From Escherichia phage vB_Eco_F27: DNA of 64,000 bases. Made by a program: the position numbers and the translations under genes. Location: the sequence record OP870146.1; one strand, 5' to 3'. Position 1 is the stretch's first letter; every line of letters begins with the position of its first letter. The notes below the pieces were generated by a model. It saw only the letters and a list, made by a program, of their open reading frames with translations. It was not told the DNA's origin and did not search any database. This document shows positions 7,799-16,247 of this stretch, one piece after another.

Positions 7799-7816
7799 GG
7801 AGGACCGGAGTCCTCC
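7799..7816 (-). terminator. rho-independent terminator hairpin GGAGGAC-uccg-GUCCUCC followed by U-run (minus-strand sense)
   Basis: Perfect 7-bp GC-rich stem directly after the stop of CDS 7825-8418. Confidence 0.6.
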
Positions 7817-7824
7817 GTATTATT

Positions 7825-8418
7825 TTATTTCAAAGAGTTAATATATTCTTGTACATCAGCAGAAGTGGTTTCGACGCCGGCTGGAGTGCCATTGAACGTT
7901 TCAACACGAGTCAGAGTGTCTTCGATATCAACCTTAGTCAGTGCAGCGATTTCAATTACATCATCGGCCGTAGAGATACCAAGGGCATTGGCTGCTCGAG
8001 TTTCACGAATGTATTCGAGTTTGATTGCCAGGTTCTGACGAGCATCGTCAAGTTCAACCACCTTACGAGCAATTTCAATTCGCATAGCGGCATACCCGTC
8101 AGCTTTTGTATTAAGTTGTTCGGCAGTTCGACGATACAGAAGACCAAGCTTAGCATGCATGGTAACATCTTGTCCTTCAGCCAGGAGCTTACGAATTTCA
8201 CGTTCCTTAGAAGCGGCTTGCTTGTTCTTTTCATTAACAAGTTCGCGAATACGTTTTTCTTCATTAATAGATTTAACAGAAGCCGTTTTTAGTTCTTTGA
8301 TTTGGGTAATCAACTTATCTGCAGCTGCGTTATACTGTTCTTCGACAGTCAGATTTTTAGCCATAGCAGTACCAAGTTTAGTGCGGATGAATTCAACAAG
8401 TTTCTTCAGTGTGTTCAT
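7825..8418 (-). CDS. coiled-coil protein, possibly PspA/IM30-like, 197 aa
   Basis: ORF track trimmed from TTG to ATG 8416-8418; heptad-rich, charged sequence; family call is tentative. Confidence 0.4.
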   Translation of the reverse strand: MNTLKKLVEFIRTKLGTAMAKNLTVEEQYNAAADKLITQIKELKTASVKSINEEKRIRELVNEKNKQAASKEREIRKLLAEGQDVTMHAKLGLLYRRTAEQLNTKADGYAAMRIEIARKVVELDDARQNLAIKLEYIRETRAANALGISTADDVIEIAALTKVDIEDTLTRVETFNGTPAGVETTSADVQEYINSLK

Positions 8419-8488
8419 ATTATTACCTTTCAATTGGTGGTTTATTATCCAACGAGAGCATTATACTCTGCTCTCAAGAGATTGTAAA

Positions 8489-8716
8489 TTATTTTTTAAT
8501 CAAATTGACATAAAACTCGGCGTCTTCCGGGTGCATGCCTTCGCAGTATTCTTCAACCATGAACTTCTTAACAGCTTCATAAGGACCGCTCAGATTAAGC
8601 TCAGTTGTCCAGAACTTGGAATCTTGGACCGAATCGATACGAACTTCAGGGTGACGGTTGCGAATAACTTCTTCAGTGTATTCATAATCAACGACATCAA
8701 TACTAACTGTAGCCAT
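8489..8716 (-). CDS. hypothetical protein, 75 aa
   Basis: ORF track; ATG 8714-8716; early promoter upstream. Confidence 0.45.
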   Translation of the reverse strand: MATVSIDVVDYEYTEEVIRNRHPEVRIDSVQDSKFWTTELNLSGPYEAVKKFMVEEYCEGMHPEDAEFYVNLIKK

Positions 8717-8745
8717 TTTGTTTCTCCTCTTGATTTGATGTGATT

Positions 8746-8774
8746 ACTATAACATAAACGTACTTAGATGTAAA
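8746..8774 (-). promoter_or_regulatory. early promoter (-35 TTTACA / -10 TATAGT)
   Basis: ATTTACAtctaagtacgtttatgtTATAGT on the minus strand. Confidence 0.5.
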
Positions 8775-8928
8775 TTATTTCAACGTCACCTTTAGCGGCT
8801 TTATAACCTTCAGCCCAAGATACAACAGAGTTTTTATCCGAGGATTCAAATTCAGGCATTGGACTTTCACCAATATTCACACAGTATGTTTCTTCATTTT
8901 CATCGAACCAAATAATTAAAGTAGTCAT
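8764..8928 (-). CDS. small hypothetical protein, 54 aa (MTTLIIWFDENEETYCVNIGESPMPEFESSDKNSVVSWAEGYKAAKGDVEIIYI)
   Basis: Not in ORF track (under 60 aa); ATG 8926-8928 preceded by GAGGAG SD within a promoter-leader cassette identical to the one at 45127-45173. Confidence 0.4.
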   Translation of the reverse strand: MTTLIIWFDENEETYCVNIGESPMPEFESSDKNSVVSWAEGYKAAKGDVEIIYI

Positions 8929-8958
8929 TTTGTTTACTCCTCTGTAGTTGATAAGTCT

Positions 8959-8987
8959 ATAGTATCACCATCCTTGGTGCTTGTACA
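8959..8987 (-). promoter_or_regulatory. early promoter (-35 TGTACA / -10 TACTAT)
   Basis: 17-bp spacing; leader carries GAGGAG SD. Confidence 0.45.
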
Positions 8988-8996
8988 TCATTATTT

Positions 8997-9302
8997 TTAA
9001 TTTTTCCAACTTAACAACTTGTAGTGTCCTTCATTCATACGTGGTTTATCCCAAGAAATACTAATATATGATTCGCTGTCAATAGAAGTCGCCGGGTTTT
9101 TCTCTACCGTAAGACCTTCACTTTCCAGCCATTCAATAGTATTTGCGCATAAATCAGAAGAACACCTAATCGGAAACCGGCAAGATTTTTCACCTTTAGC
9201 TGCAGTGTTATACATCTTTTCTAAAATACGCTTTTGCACGTTTTTAAAAATAGTTTCAGCAGATTCTTCAGATTTTTTATTCAGTTCAGTGTAAAGACTC
9301 AT
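8997..9302 (-). CDS. hypothetical protein, 101 aa
   Basis: ORF track; ATG 9300-9302; leader cataatattctcctcatgtttt is identical to that of CDS 4017-4322. Confidence 0.5.
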   Translation of the reverse strand: MSLYTELNKKSEESAETIFKNVQKRILEKMYNTAAKGEKSCRFPIRCSSDLCANTIEWLESEGLTVEKNPATSIDSESYISISWDKPRMNEGHYKLLSWKN

Positions 9303-9330
9303 AATATTCTCCTCATGTTTTGATAGGTCT

Positions 9331-9358
9331 ATAGTAACACATCTAGGGAAGAAGTAAA
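9331..9358 (-). promoter_or_regulatory. early promoter (-35 TTTACT / -10 TACTAT)
   Basis: Same cassette family. Confidence 0.45.
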
Positions 9359-9411
9359 CAACTTTTTCAGTAAGTTATAAACCCCCTAATGGGGACCGAA
9401 GTCCCCATTCT

Positions 9412-10038
9412 TTACTTACGAGTTTTTGCATATTGAGCAGCGTCAGCAGCCAAACGACCTGCCTGACGAAGTTTTTCTTTAATCGCATCGTGAAGTGGTT
9501 GAGTGTACTTCAAACCTTCGATAGTCAAATAAAGACGATAAAGGTCCGGGGTATCAAGGTTGTTGATATGTTGGCCATTACGAAGAATATTGAATTCACG
9601 AACGAGTGAAGATGTATCGGATTCAATATCACGAACAAGCGAAGATAGTTGTTTATATTTTTTTTCCAGACTAGAAGTATCAAACTTAAGAGCAGGAGCT
9701 TTAGGAGTTGCTTTTACTTCAGGCTTAGGCTCAGGTTTTGCTATTGCTTTAGGGGTCGCAGGTTTAGGAATGGAAGGAGTAGGTTTTACTTTAGGCGAAC
9801 CCGATTTAGCAGAAACACCACCACTAACAATATCTTTGAATGCTTTAGAAGCTCTGTAATATTCTTTTTGGCTGGAAGTGTCGATACCGTACATGGCTTG
9901 AACGTTTTTGAAAAACTCTGTACTAGTTTTTGTACCAGAAATAGCATCGTAAGCAGCTTGCCATTTCTCTTTTGTCATACGTACACCGGCTTCGGTGATT
10001 ACTTCCGTTTCGGCTAAAAATTCATTAAAAGTATACAT
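9412..10038 (-). CDS. internal head protein-like (N-terminus MYTFNEFLAE) with Pro/Lys-rich linker, 208 aa
   Basis: ORF track; ATG 10036-10038; late promoter TATAAATA about 36 nt upstream; PKVKPTPSIPKPATPKAIAKPEPKPEVKATPKAP segment. Confidence 0.5.
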   Translation of the reverse strand: MYTFNEFLAETEVITEAGVRMTKEKWQAAYDAISGTKTSTEFFKNVQAMYGIDTSSQKEYYRASKAFKDIVSGGVSAKSGSPKVKPTPSIPKPATPKAIAKPEPKPEVKATPKAPALKFDTSSLEKKYKQLSSLVRDIESDTSSLVREFNILRNGQHINNLDTPDLYRLYLTIEGLKYTQPLHDAIKEKLRQAGRLAADAAQYAKTRK

Positions 10039-10073
10039 CGATGGTCCTTAGAAAGTAGGTTTATTGTTTACTA

Positions 10074-10081
10074 TATTTATA
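10074..10081 (-). promoter_or_regulatory. late promoter TATAAATA (minus strand)
   Basis: Plus-strand tatttata; T4 late promoter consensus. Confidence 0.55.
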
Positions 10082-10082
10082 C

Positions 10083-10111
10083 AAAAAAGCCCCAACCTTT
10101 CGGAAGGGGCT
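10083..10111 (-). terminator. rho-independent terminator after the RNA gene cluster
   Basis: Minus-strand sense AGCCCCUUCCGAAAGGUUGGGGCU followed by UUUUUU. Confidence 0.65.
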
Positions 10112-10153
10112 ATATACCTTGTCGGGGTTTCCACCTACTAAGGCAAGTGTTTG

Positions 10154-10312
10154 TACGAAACGCCGGGATTCGAACCCGGTTATTGAGTAGTTGACGCTAC
10201 TCAATATTTTTAAAAGGCCATATCTCGACCATATCCGAACGTTCCGTCAAAAACGCTACTCGGCTTACGGCAAAGATATTTCCTCGAATCGATAATTCGG
10301 TGCGCCGTTTCT
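10154..10312 (-). ncRNA. tRNA-like small stable RNA (analogous to T4 rnaC/rnaD species); boundaries approximate
   Basis: 3' end has a canonical T-arm CCGGG-TTCGAAT-CCCGG followed by CGTTTCG, which can pair with GAAACG about 150 nt upstream; internal 8-bp hairpin TTGAGTAG/CTACTCAA; no ORF; sits in the tRNA cluster. Confidence 0.35.
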
Positions 10313-10414
10313 GCTGTGATGTAAGGGGATATTAACAAATCGTAAAGATTTATTAAGACCAGTCCTTACTCAGGGAACATCAGTCCGACGACTTACCGGT
10401 AGCGACCCGGCTTC

Positions 10415-10759
10415 TTATTTTGGCATATCATCAATTTGCTCTCGACGCCGACGCCATAGATTAATCGCTTCATAAACACATTCTGCGTTTGGTATATGAC
10501 GGCAATAATATAATGATTCGCGTTTCTGGAATCGATGTTGCAATGGGATTTCGTTTAAAAGGTCTTTACGGTCAAAGTATTCAAAACTAGTTAACCCGGA
10601 ACGGTTTTTAATGAACTTCCAATGACCAAATTCATTTTGAACATAGATGTAATCTGCATGTTGGTATAACAAATTAATCAATCGGTCTGAAATAACTGTA
10701 TCATGTTCGTTAAAATAAAACGTTAAATCATGAACTACTAAGTAAACATTACCTTTCAT
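10415..10759 (-). CDS. hypothetical protein within the RNA gene cluster, 114 aa
   Basis: ORF track trimmed to ATG 10757-10759 with GAGGAAA SD, 19 nt downstream of tRNA-Arg; no GIY-YIG or HNH motif seen. Confidence 0.45.
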   Translation of the reverse strand: MKGNVYLVVHDLTFYFNEHDTVISDRLINLLYQHADYIYVQNEFGHWKFIKNRSGLTSFEYFDRKDLLNEIPLQHRFQKRESLYYCRHIPNAECVYEAINLWRRRREQIDDMPK

Positions 10760-10777
10760 ATTTTCCTCACTTAAAAT

Positions 10778-10854
<77 letters not shown>

Positions 10855-10954
10855 ATGATGCGGCTTTGGGTGTTTCAGTGTTACTCGTTTGTAGGTTCTA
10901 CTTTTAACCCTTATTCGAACAACTTACCTACCTAAGAGCGTACTCACCGCGAAT

Positions 10955-11029
10955 TGGTGGCCCTGGCTGGTTTCGATCCAGCTACCTATCAGTTATGAGC
11001 TGACAGCTCTCCCATTGAGCTACAGGGCC
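10955..11029 (-). tRNA. tRNA with CAU anticodon (elongator Met, or Ile2 if lysidine-modified), 75 nt, CCA encoded
   Basis: Manual cloverleaf: acceptor GGCCCTG/CAGGGCC, D-arm GCTC-AATGGGA-GAGC, anticodon loop CTCATAA, T-arm GCTGG-ATCGAAA-CCAGC; ends resemble E. coli tRNA-Ile2. Confidence 0.85.
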
Positions 11030-11091
11030 TAAATAAATTTCTATTATGAAAGGCCCTTGAGGGAGCACCTTTGGTAATAGAGGGTAGATTA

Positions 11092-11118
11092 ATAATAACA
11101 CATAATTCTTAAAGCAAA
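11092..11118 (-). promoter_or_regulatory. possible MotA-dependent middle promoter upstream of the tRNA genes
   Basis: Minus-strand sense TTTGCTTTA then 11 nt then TTATTAT. Confidence 0.25.
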
Positions 11119-11125
11119 TTACGTT

Positions 11126-11416
11126 TTACCGTACCATATTAATGTAGTTATATTCAATGCAACGTAATTTCAAAGGGTTCTTGAAAATATCATATTCAAG
11201 AGGGCCTTTTTCTGTTTCAATAAAGAAATCAAAGTTAACTGTGTTAAATTTAACGTCTTCACAGAGTAATTTAACTTGTGAAGATGAACGGTCGATATAA
11301 ACCTTTTCAACCTCAAAGATAGTCAGAATACCGTAGTCATTAACCAGTGCTTTAGCTGCACGTTGGTCGCTTTCATATCCGTTCTCAATGGACGATACTT
11401 TAGCATAAAGAATCAT
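11126..11416 (-). CDS. hypothetical protein, 96 aa
   Basis: ORF track; ATGA overlap with upstream gene. Confidence 0.45.
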   Translation of the reverse strand: MILYAKVSSIENGYESDQRAAKALVNDYGILTIFEVEKVYIDRSSSQVKLLCEDVKFNTVNFDFFIETEKGPLEYDIFKNPLKLRCIEYNYINMVR

Positions 11417-11775
11417 GAATGTTCCACCATTTCAAAGGTATGAGCATCAACAATATGATACCAGTCAAAATTTTCTTCCGCGTTTTTATAAATTTCGCGA
11501 AGAGCTTCAACAGTTTTTCCTGTAGCAACAAGATCGTCAATACCACCAAGAGGATAACAGTAATAACCAGCAAACAGAAGGAAATTAATAGTTTCTGTAG
11601 GTTCTGGATGCAGAACACCGTTATCGTCTACCACTTCAAAGAAAGTGTAAGAAGGAGTACAAGTTTTAATCCAAGCCCATGCTTGAGCTGCTGAATCAAA
11701 TGGTCTGCGTATCAAACGACAATCAGGGTCTTTAGAAGGATTTGCTTCAAAATCCGCATATACGTGATATTTCAT
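11413..11775 (-). CDS. hypothetical protein, 120 aa
   Basis: ORF track trimmed to ATG 11773-11775 with AAGGTGA SD. Confidence 0.5.
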   Translation of the reverse strand: MKYHVYADFEANPSKDPDCRLIRRPFDSAAQAWAWIKTCTPSYTFFEVVDDNGVLHPEPTETINFLLFAGYYCYPLGGIDDLVATGKTVEALREIYKNAEENFDWYHIVDAHTFEMVEHS

Positions 11776-11776
11776 T

Positions 11777-11983
11777 TTACTCACCTTTTGCAATTTTATC
11801 CATAACGATAGCGATTAAGCCGATTAGAAATGCTACTACCAATGAGATAGAGTTTTCAGTTGTTGTCAGTAGTCCACAAATGAATCCTACAAACATCGAA
11901 AAACTAAAAGCCATTGAAGCAATTACTACAGCAACATTACGAATCAGTTCAGCGCGTTTCATTTTATTTCTCCATTTACTCAT
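11777..11983 (-). CDS. small membrane protein, 68 aa
   Basis: ATG 11981-11983; early promoter upstream; two hydrophobic segments. Confidence 0.45.
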   Translation of the reverse strand: MSKWRNKMKRAELIRNVAVVIASMAFSFSMFVGFICGLLTTTENSISLVVAFLIGLIAIVMDKIAKGE

Positions 11984-11999
11984 TTGTTTTGATAGGACT

Positions 12000-12028
12000 A
12001 CTATAACATATCCCTATAGGCTTGTATA
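12000..12028 (-). promoter_or_regulatory. early promoter (-35 TATACA / -10 TATAGT)
   Basis: Cassette family, 17-bp spacer. Confidence 0.45.
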
Positions 12029-12031
12029 CCT

Positions 12032-12295
12032 TTATTTCAAATATATTGCGTATTTTTTATAGCCACCAGGCTCGTGTCGAAGACCTTTATCATTCGCAAA
12101 ACGTTGAATGTTATTGAACTGATTTTCATCAAGTTCGGATGTGTCAAATATGAAAAAGTTTCGTTTGTTGCCAAGCGTGATATGCGGAGTTAAGTCAATG
12201 TTATACAAATTAAGAATATCAGCAATAACCTGATTGACCGCTTTGTTAATTTTCACACCAGACGATTCTGAGATGAATTCGTTGAAAGTTTTCAT
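12032..12295 (-). CDS. internal head protein-like (N-terminus MKTFNEFISE), 87 aa
   Basis: ORF track trimmed to ATG 12293-12295; CTS-like N-terminus. Confidence 0.45.
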   Translation of the reverse strand: MKTFNEFISESSGVKINKAVNQVIADILNLYNIDLTPHITLGNKRNFFIFDTSELDENQFNNIQRFANDKGLRHEPGGYKKYAIYLK

Positions 12296-12327
12296 TTTAG
12301 GTTCCATTTGGTTGTTTTGATAGGACT

Positions 12328-12356
12328 ACTATAACATAATCCTATCGTGTTGTAAA
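12328..12356 (-). promoter_or_regulatory. early promoter (-35 TTTACA / -10 TATAGT)
   Basis: ATTTACAacacgataggattatgtTATAGT. Confidence 0.5.
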
Positions 12357-12668
12357 TTATTTTATGCCTTTAGAAGAAATGGTGTTTTGGCGTTTGGTCC
12401 CTGTTTGTGAAAAATCGTGGTTATCGATTTGGTCGACTCGCATAACACCAAATGCAGATTTAATTTTAGCCTTTGAACCTTTTTTGATACTAATTATCAT
12501 ATAAGTATCATTTTTCTTATATTCGAAATTTGTTACTTCAACGCCTTGATTAGAAATTGACTTAATAATAGCATTAGCGTATTCATCATCTAACGGACCG
12601 GTGGTGTTAATAATAAAATTTTTATCGGCTTTAGTAGCTTCAGCGATAAACTCTTGATAAGTTTTCAT
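12357..12668 (-). CDS. internal head protein (N-terminus MKTYQEFIAE, identical to the T4 capsid targeting sequence), in the ipI map position, 103 aa
   Basis: ORF track trimmed to ATG 12666-12668; adjacent to 57B as ipI is in T4. Confidence 0.6.
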   Translation of the reverse strand: MKTYQEFIAEATKADKNFIINTTGPLDDEYANAIIKSISNQGVEVTNFEYKKNDTYMIISIKKGSKAKIKSAFGVMRVDQIDNHDFSQTGTKRQNTISSKGIK

Positions 12669-12704
12669 TTGTTTTTTCCGTTTGGTTTGAGATTTGATAG
12701 GATG

Positions 12705-12733
12705 ATAGTAACACACCATCATCCTTATGTAAA
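12705..12733 (-). promoter_or_regulatory. early promoter (-35 TTTACA / -10 TACTAT)
   Basis: Arms AGGATGAT / ATCATCCT keep the inverted repeat around the -10 through different bases. Confidence 0.5.
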
Positions 12734-12747
12734 CTGTTTTGTGAAAA

Positions 12748-13433
<686 letters not shown>

Positions 13434-13437
13434 TTTA

Positions 13438-14172
13438 TTACCTTAAGATTGTTTCAATTTTAGAATAAAGCTCTTCTAAAGAGCCGTCGTTTGTAATAAC
13501 TAAATCGCCTTCTTCAATAGGCAACCCAGCTTCTGTAATATGTTTATCAGTGGATTCCGTACCAGAGCGAACCACATGAATAACTGTAGCACCCATCGCT
13601 CTAGCGGTTTCCATTTCATGGACTTGGCGTGTATCGGTTACAACATAGTAATCGAAATCACTTCCAATATAATCCATATAGTTTAATGCAAAAAGCTTAA
13701 CCCAATACATACGGTCAAATAAATTAACGACAACATCCGTACCGAGGGCTTGCATAAGACGGCGGATTGACCATGTGTCGTTGATATTATTTATAGCTTC
13801 ACGCAGGGCTTCATATGGTTTAATATCTAGATATGAATACCCACCTTCTAATGATGATAATACTTTAACATTATTAATTGGTAAATATTGACTTTGTAAA
13901 TAAATTAGCGCTTCTTCCAATAATTCAATAACATCCAACTTATTGATATTTAATGGTGTTTCACGGTCATATCCGACACCTTCAAAGTATTCGTATTTCA
14001 ACTCTGTGAATACATCAGGATCTTCAGCATGTTTACGTCCCCAGGCTATTGCTAGAGCGTCTTTAATCGGATATGCCAATTGGTATTTTACGGATTTAAA
14101 GTTTGAATTGATGTAATCAGCAGTAGTGTCTTTACCACTACGTTTGATGCCGCTTAAAAAGATTAGCTCCAT
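13438..14172 (-). CDS. 1: gp1 deoxynucleoside monophosphate kinase, 244 aa
   Basis: Translation MELIFLSGIKRSGKDTTADY... with P-loop; strong match to T4 gp1. Confidence 0.9.
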   Translation of the reverse strand: MELIFLSGIKRSGKDTTADYINSNFKSVKYQLAYPIKDALAIAWGRKHAEDPDVFTELKYEYFEGVGYDRETPLNINKLDVIELLEEALIYLQSQYLPINNVKVLSSLEGGYSYLDIKPYEALREAINNINDTWSIRRLMQALGTDVVVNLFDRMYWVKLFALNYMDYIGSDFDYYVVTDTRQVHEMETARAMGATVIHVVRSGTESTDKHITEAGLPIEEGDLVITNDGSLEELYSKIETILR

Positions 14173-14225
14173 AGGTTTTCCTCATATAATTTATGAGTGA
14201 TTATAACATACGGAGCTAGAAGCGA

Positions 14226-14810
14226 TTAACGCAAAGAAGGGTGTCTAGAAATGGATTTAGATTCGGCTGCCTGACGTGGTTGTTGAGATACAATGACTTC
14301 ACCATCTTTTTCTATCGTCATATACGCATAGTGAATAGTTGCTACGCACGTAACAGCAGGGTCAGAGTCTTCAGTGTAACTAAATTCAATTTCACTCAAA
14401 TCAGAAATCCATGGTTTATAGAAATTTGCCGTCAAAACGACTTCAGTCTTATTGTTGTTTAAAATGTGCAAAGTAACAAACTCAGGACCATCGGAGTGGG
14501 CTGTATTATGTCCGGTTATATAGTTATTAGTGCTGAGCATCCATTTATACATGTTCATCCAGGACGTCATGTCTTCATCAACTATAAATCGTACAACAAA
14601 AGGGTCATATTCAAATGTGGTGCCTGCACGCATTGCACGCCCTAACCCCATTGTGCCTGTCACAGTTTCAACAACAGGAATTCTCACACCTGGCAATGGT
14701 GCCGTTTGGGCATTGAGCACAAAACCTGAAGTTCGTGTACTATCCGGGATATCCACAACAAAGTTTGTTATATTTGTTTGGTTAAAAATCTGTCTCGTTG
14801 GACGAGTCAT
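14226..14810 (-). CDS. 3: gp3 tail tube terminator / sheath stabilizer, 194 aa
   Basis: ORF track trimmed from GTG to ATG 14808-14810 with GAGGTG SD; T4 order 1-3-2-4. Confidence 0.75.
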   Translation of the reverse strand: MTRPTRQIFNQTNITNFVVDIPDSTRTSGFVLNAQTAPLPGVRIPVVETVTGTMGLGRAMRAGTTFEYDPFVVRFIVDEDMTSWMNMYKWMLSTNNYITGHNTAHSDGPEFVTLHILNNNKTEVVLTANFYKPWISDLSEIEFSYTEDSDPAVTCVATIHYAYMTIEKDGEVIVSQQPRQAAESKSISRHPSLR

Positions 14811-14912
14811 AAGCACCTCAAAAACGCTTTAATAAAAATGCAGTATAATGGTTTTAGGTCTCTTCCATTAATCTGGTTCAACAGAATATCAGAAGAACGG
14901 AAGAGAATAGAA

Positions 14913-15734
14913 TTAAGATTTCCAAACAGTATTCGCAGAGAAACGTTTTCCTTTTGACATAAACTGCTGAGTAGGTAACATGATTATGTTAGCCCAGTCT
15001 TTAGGAGCTATTTCTGTTATTGTTCCTCTAATGTGGCCTGGCAGGTATGCTTTAATCATTTTGTCAGCACCTTGAAATCCTTTCACCTTGCTCCAGTCTA
15101 TCTTCAACTTTGTGTTATTAGTAATAGTAGTTGTGCTAGCGTATTGCTTCAGCAATTCTTCAAGAAACTGTTGACGTGCTTTAGGTGGGATATAGTGCAA
15201 GTTTAACCCGTACATCAAATTATGTTTACCTAATCCCAAATAAATAATTAAAGGATATCGGTCCCAGTATGGCAGAGTATCTTTATGTTTAGCATCATAC
15301 ATGTAAGTATAAATTTTGCCTGGCGTAGGCTTGACTACTTTATGACCCTTTACACTTTTCTTAATTGTTTCAGCAAACCACTTAGATGATTTGTTGTTTA
15401 CTGCTGCGCCTTCATTTCTAATCTTTTCTCGTATTGAACTGCGAAACGAGTTTATCATCAGAAGTTGACGTTCTTGCTTATTGAGTTTATTTTTAGGTTT
15501 AGATTCAAGCGTTTCAATTTTCTGTGCAGTCTTAATAGATGATGCATATCTAGACATTGCGGATGTAAACGACGAGTATTTTATTCCTTTTGATTCTGCA
15601 AATGCTTTTGCAGTGATTCCTTTCTCTTTAGCTTTCTTGTATTCTAATCCTATCTCAATCCATTTTCTTTCATTCATAGACTGAGCAATCTTAGGGGCTT
15701 GTACGCCTTCAGATATAATTTGGAATATGCTCAT
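14913..15734 (-). CDS. 2: gp2 DNA end protector protein, 273 aa
   Basis: Size (T4 gp2 is 274 aa) and position. Confidence 0.8.
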   Translation of the reverse strand: MSIFQIISEGVQAPKIAQSMNERKWIEIGLEYKKAKEKGITAKAFAESKGIKYSSFTSAMSRYASSIKTAQKIETLESKPKNKLNKQERQLLMINSFRSSIREKIRNEGAAVNNKSSKWFAETIKKSVKGHKVVKPTPGKIYTYMYDAKHKDTLPYWDRYPLIIYLGLGKHNLMYGLNLHYIPPKARQQFLEELLKQYASTTTITNNTKLKIDWSKVKGFQGADKMIKAYLPGHIRGTITEIAPKDWANIIMLPTQQFMSKGKRFSANTVWKS

Positions 15735-15736
15735 AA

Positions 15737-16189
15737 TTACCCCTTGTATCCGAGTTTTCTAAGACCATCTTCGGTTAGAACTCGAAATTTTATATTTCTC
15801 TTTTCAGCAACAGCTGAGGCAGCTTTCCATTTGTCACAGTTCACAGACCACGTGTAGATTTCATTCATATAACGTTTCTTTGCTGCAGTCGTAAGATTTG
15901 CAGGCTTAATAGGTGGTTGAGTTTCTTTCTTTGGTTTTATTTCTACAAAGAACTCTTGACCTGATGCATCTTTCATCCATATGTCCATATAGTATCGACG
16001 TTTCTTACCTTCAGCATTACAAAAATATGGAATTACTGCTGTTTCACTACCCCATGCAATAATTTCTGGATTTTTATCTAACCATTCGAAAAAGAATTTT
16101 TCCCAGTTTGAACGATACGTTATTTTGGTATGGTCTCCACGGTATTTTTTTAAATTTTTTGGGACCCATTTACCAGAGTAGGCCATGTT
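15737..16189 (-). CDS. 4: gp4 head completion protein, 150 aa
   Basis: ORF track trimmed to ATG 16187-16189 with AAGGAGG SD; late promoter upstream. Confidence 0.8.
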   Translation of the reverse strand, partial: NMAYSGKWVPKNLKKYRGDHTKITYRSNWEKFFFEWLDKNPEIIAWGSETAVIPYFCNAEGKKRRYYMDIWMKDASGQEFFVEIKPKKETQPPIKPANLTTAAKKRYMNEIYTWSVNCDKWKAASAVAEKRNIKFRVLTEDGLRKLGYKG

Positions 16190-16197
16190 GTCCTCCT

Positions 16198-16205
16198 TAT
16201 AAATA
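16198..16205 (+). promoter_or_regulatory. late promoter TATAAATA for gene 53
   Basis: Exact consensus about 40 nt upstream of the gene 53 start. Confidence 0.55.
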
Positions 16206-16212
16206 GTATTAT

Positions 16213-16220
16213 TATTTATA
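16213..16220 (-). promoter_or_regulatory. late promoter TATAAATA for gene 4 (divergent)
   Basis: Plus-strand tatttata about 24 nt upstream of the gp4 ATG. Confidence 0.55.
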
Positions 16221-16247
16221 CCAATTTCATATTGGAAGGAGACTATC

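Noticed and set aside
10855-10954. Possible third tRNA between tRNA-Arg and the CAU tRNA
   Set aside because: Has a hairpin and a TTCGAAT-like segment, but no acceptor stem, D-arm or anticodon arm could be folded; at best a decayed tRNA.
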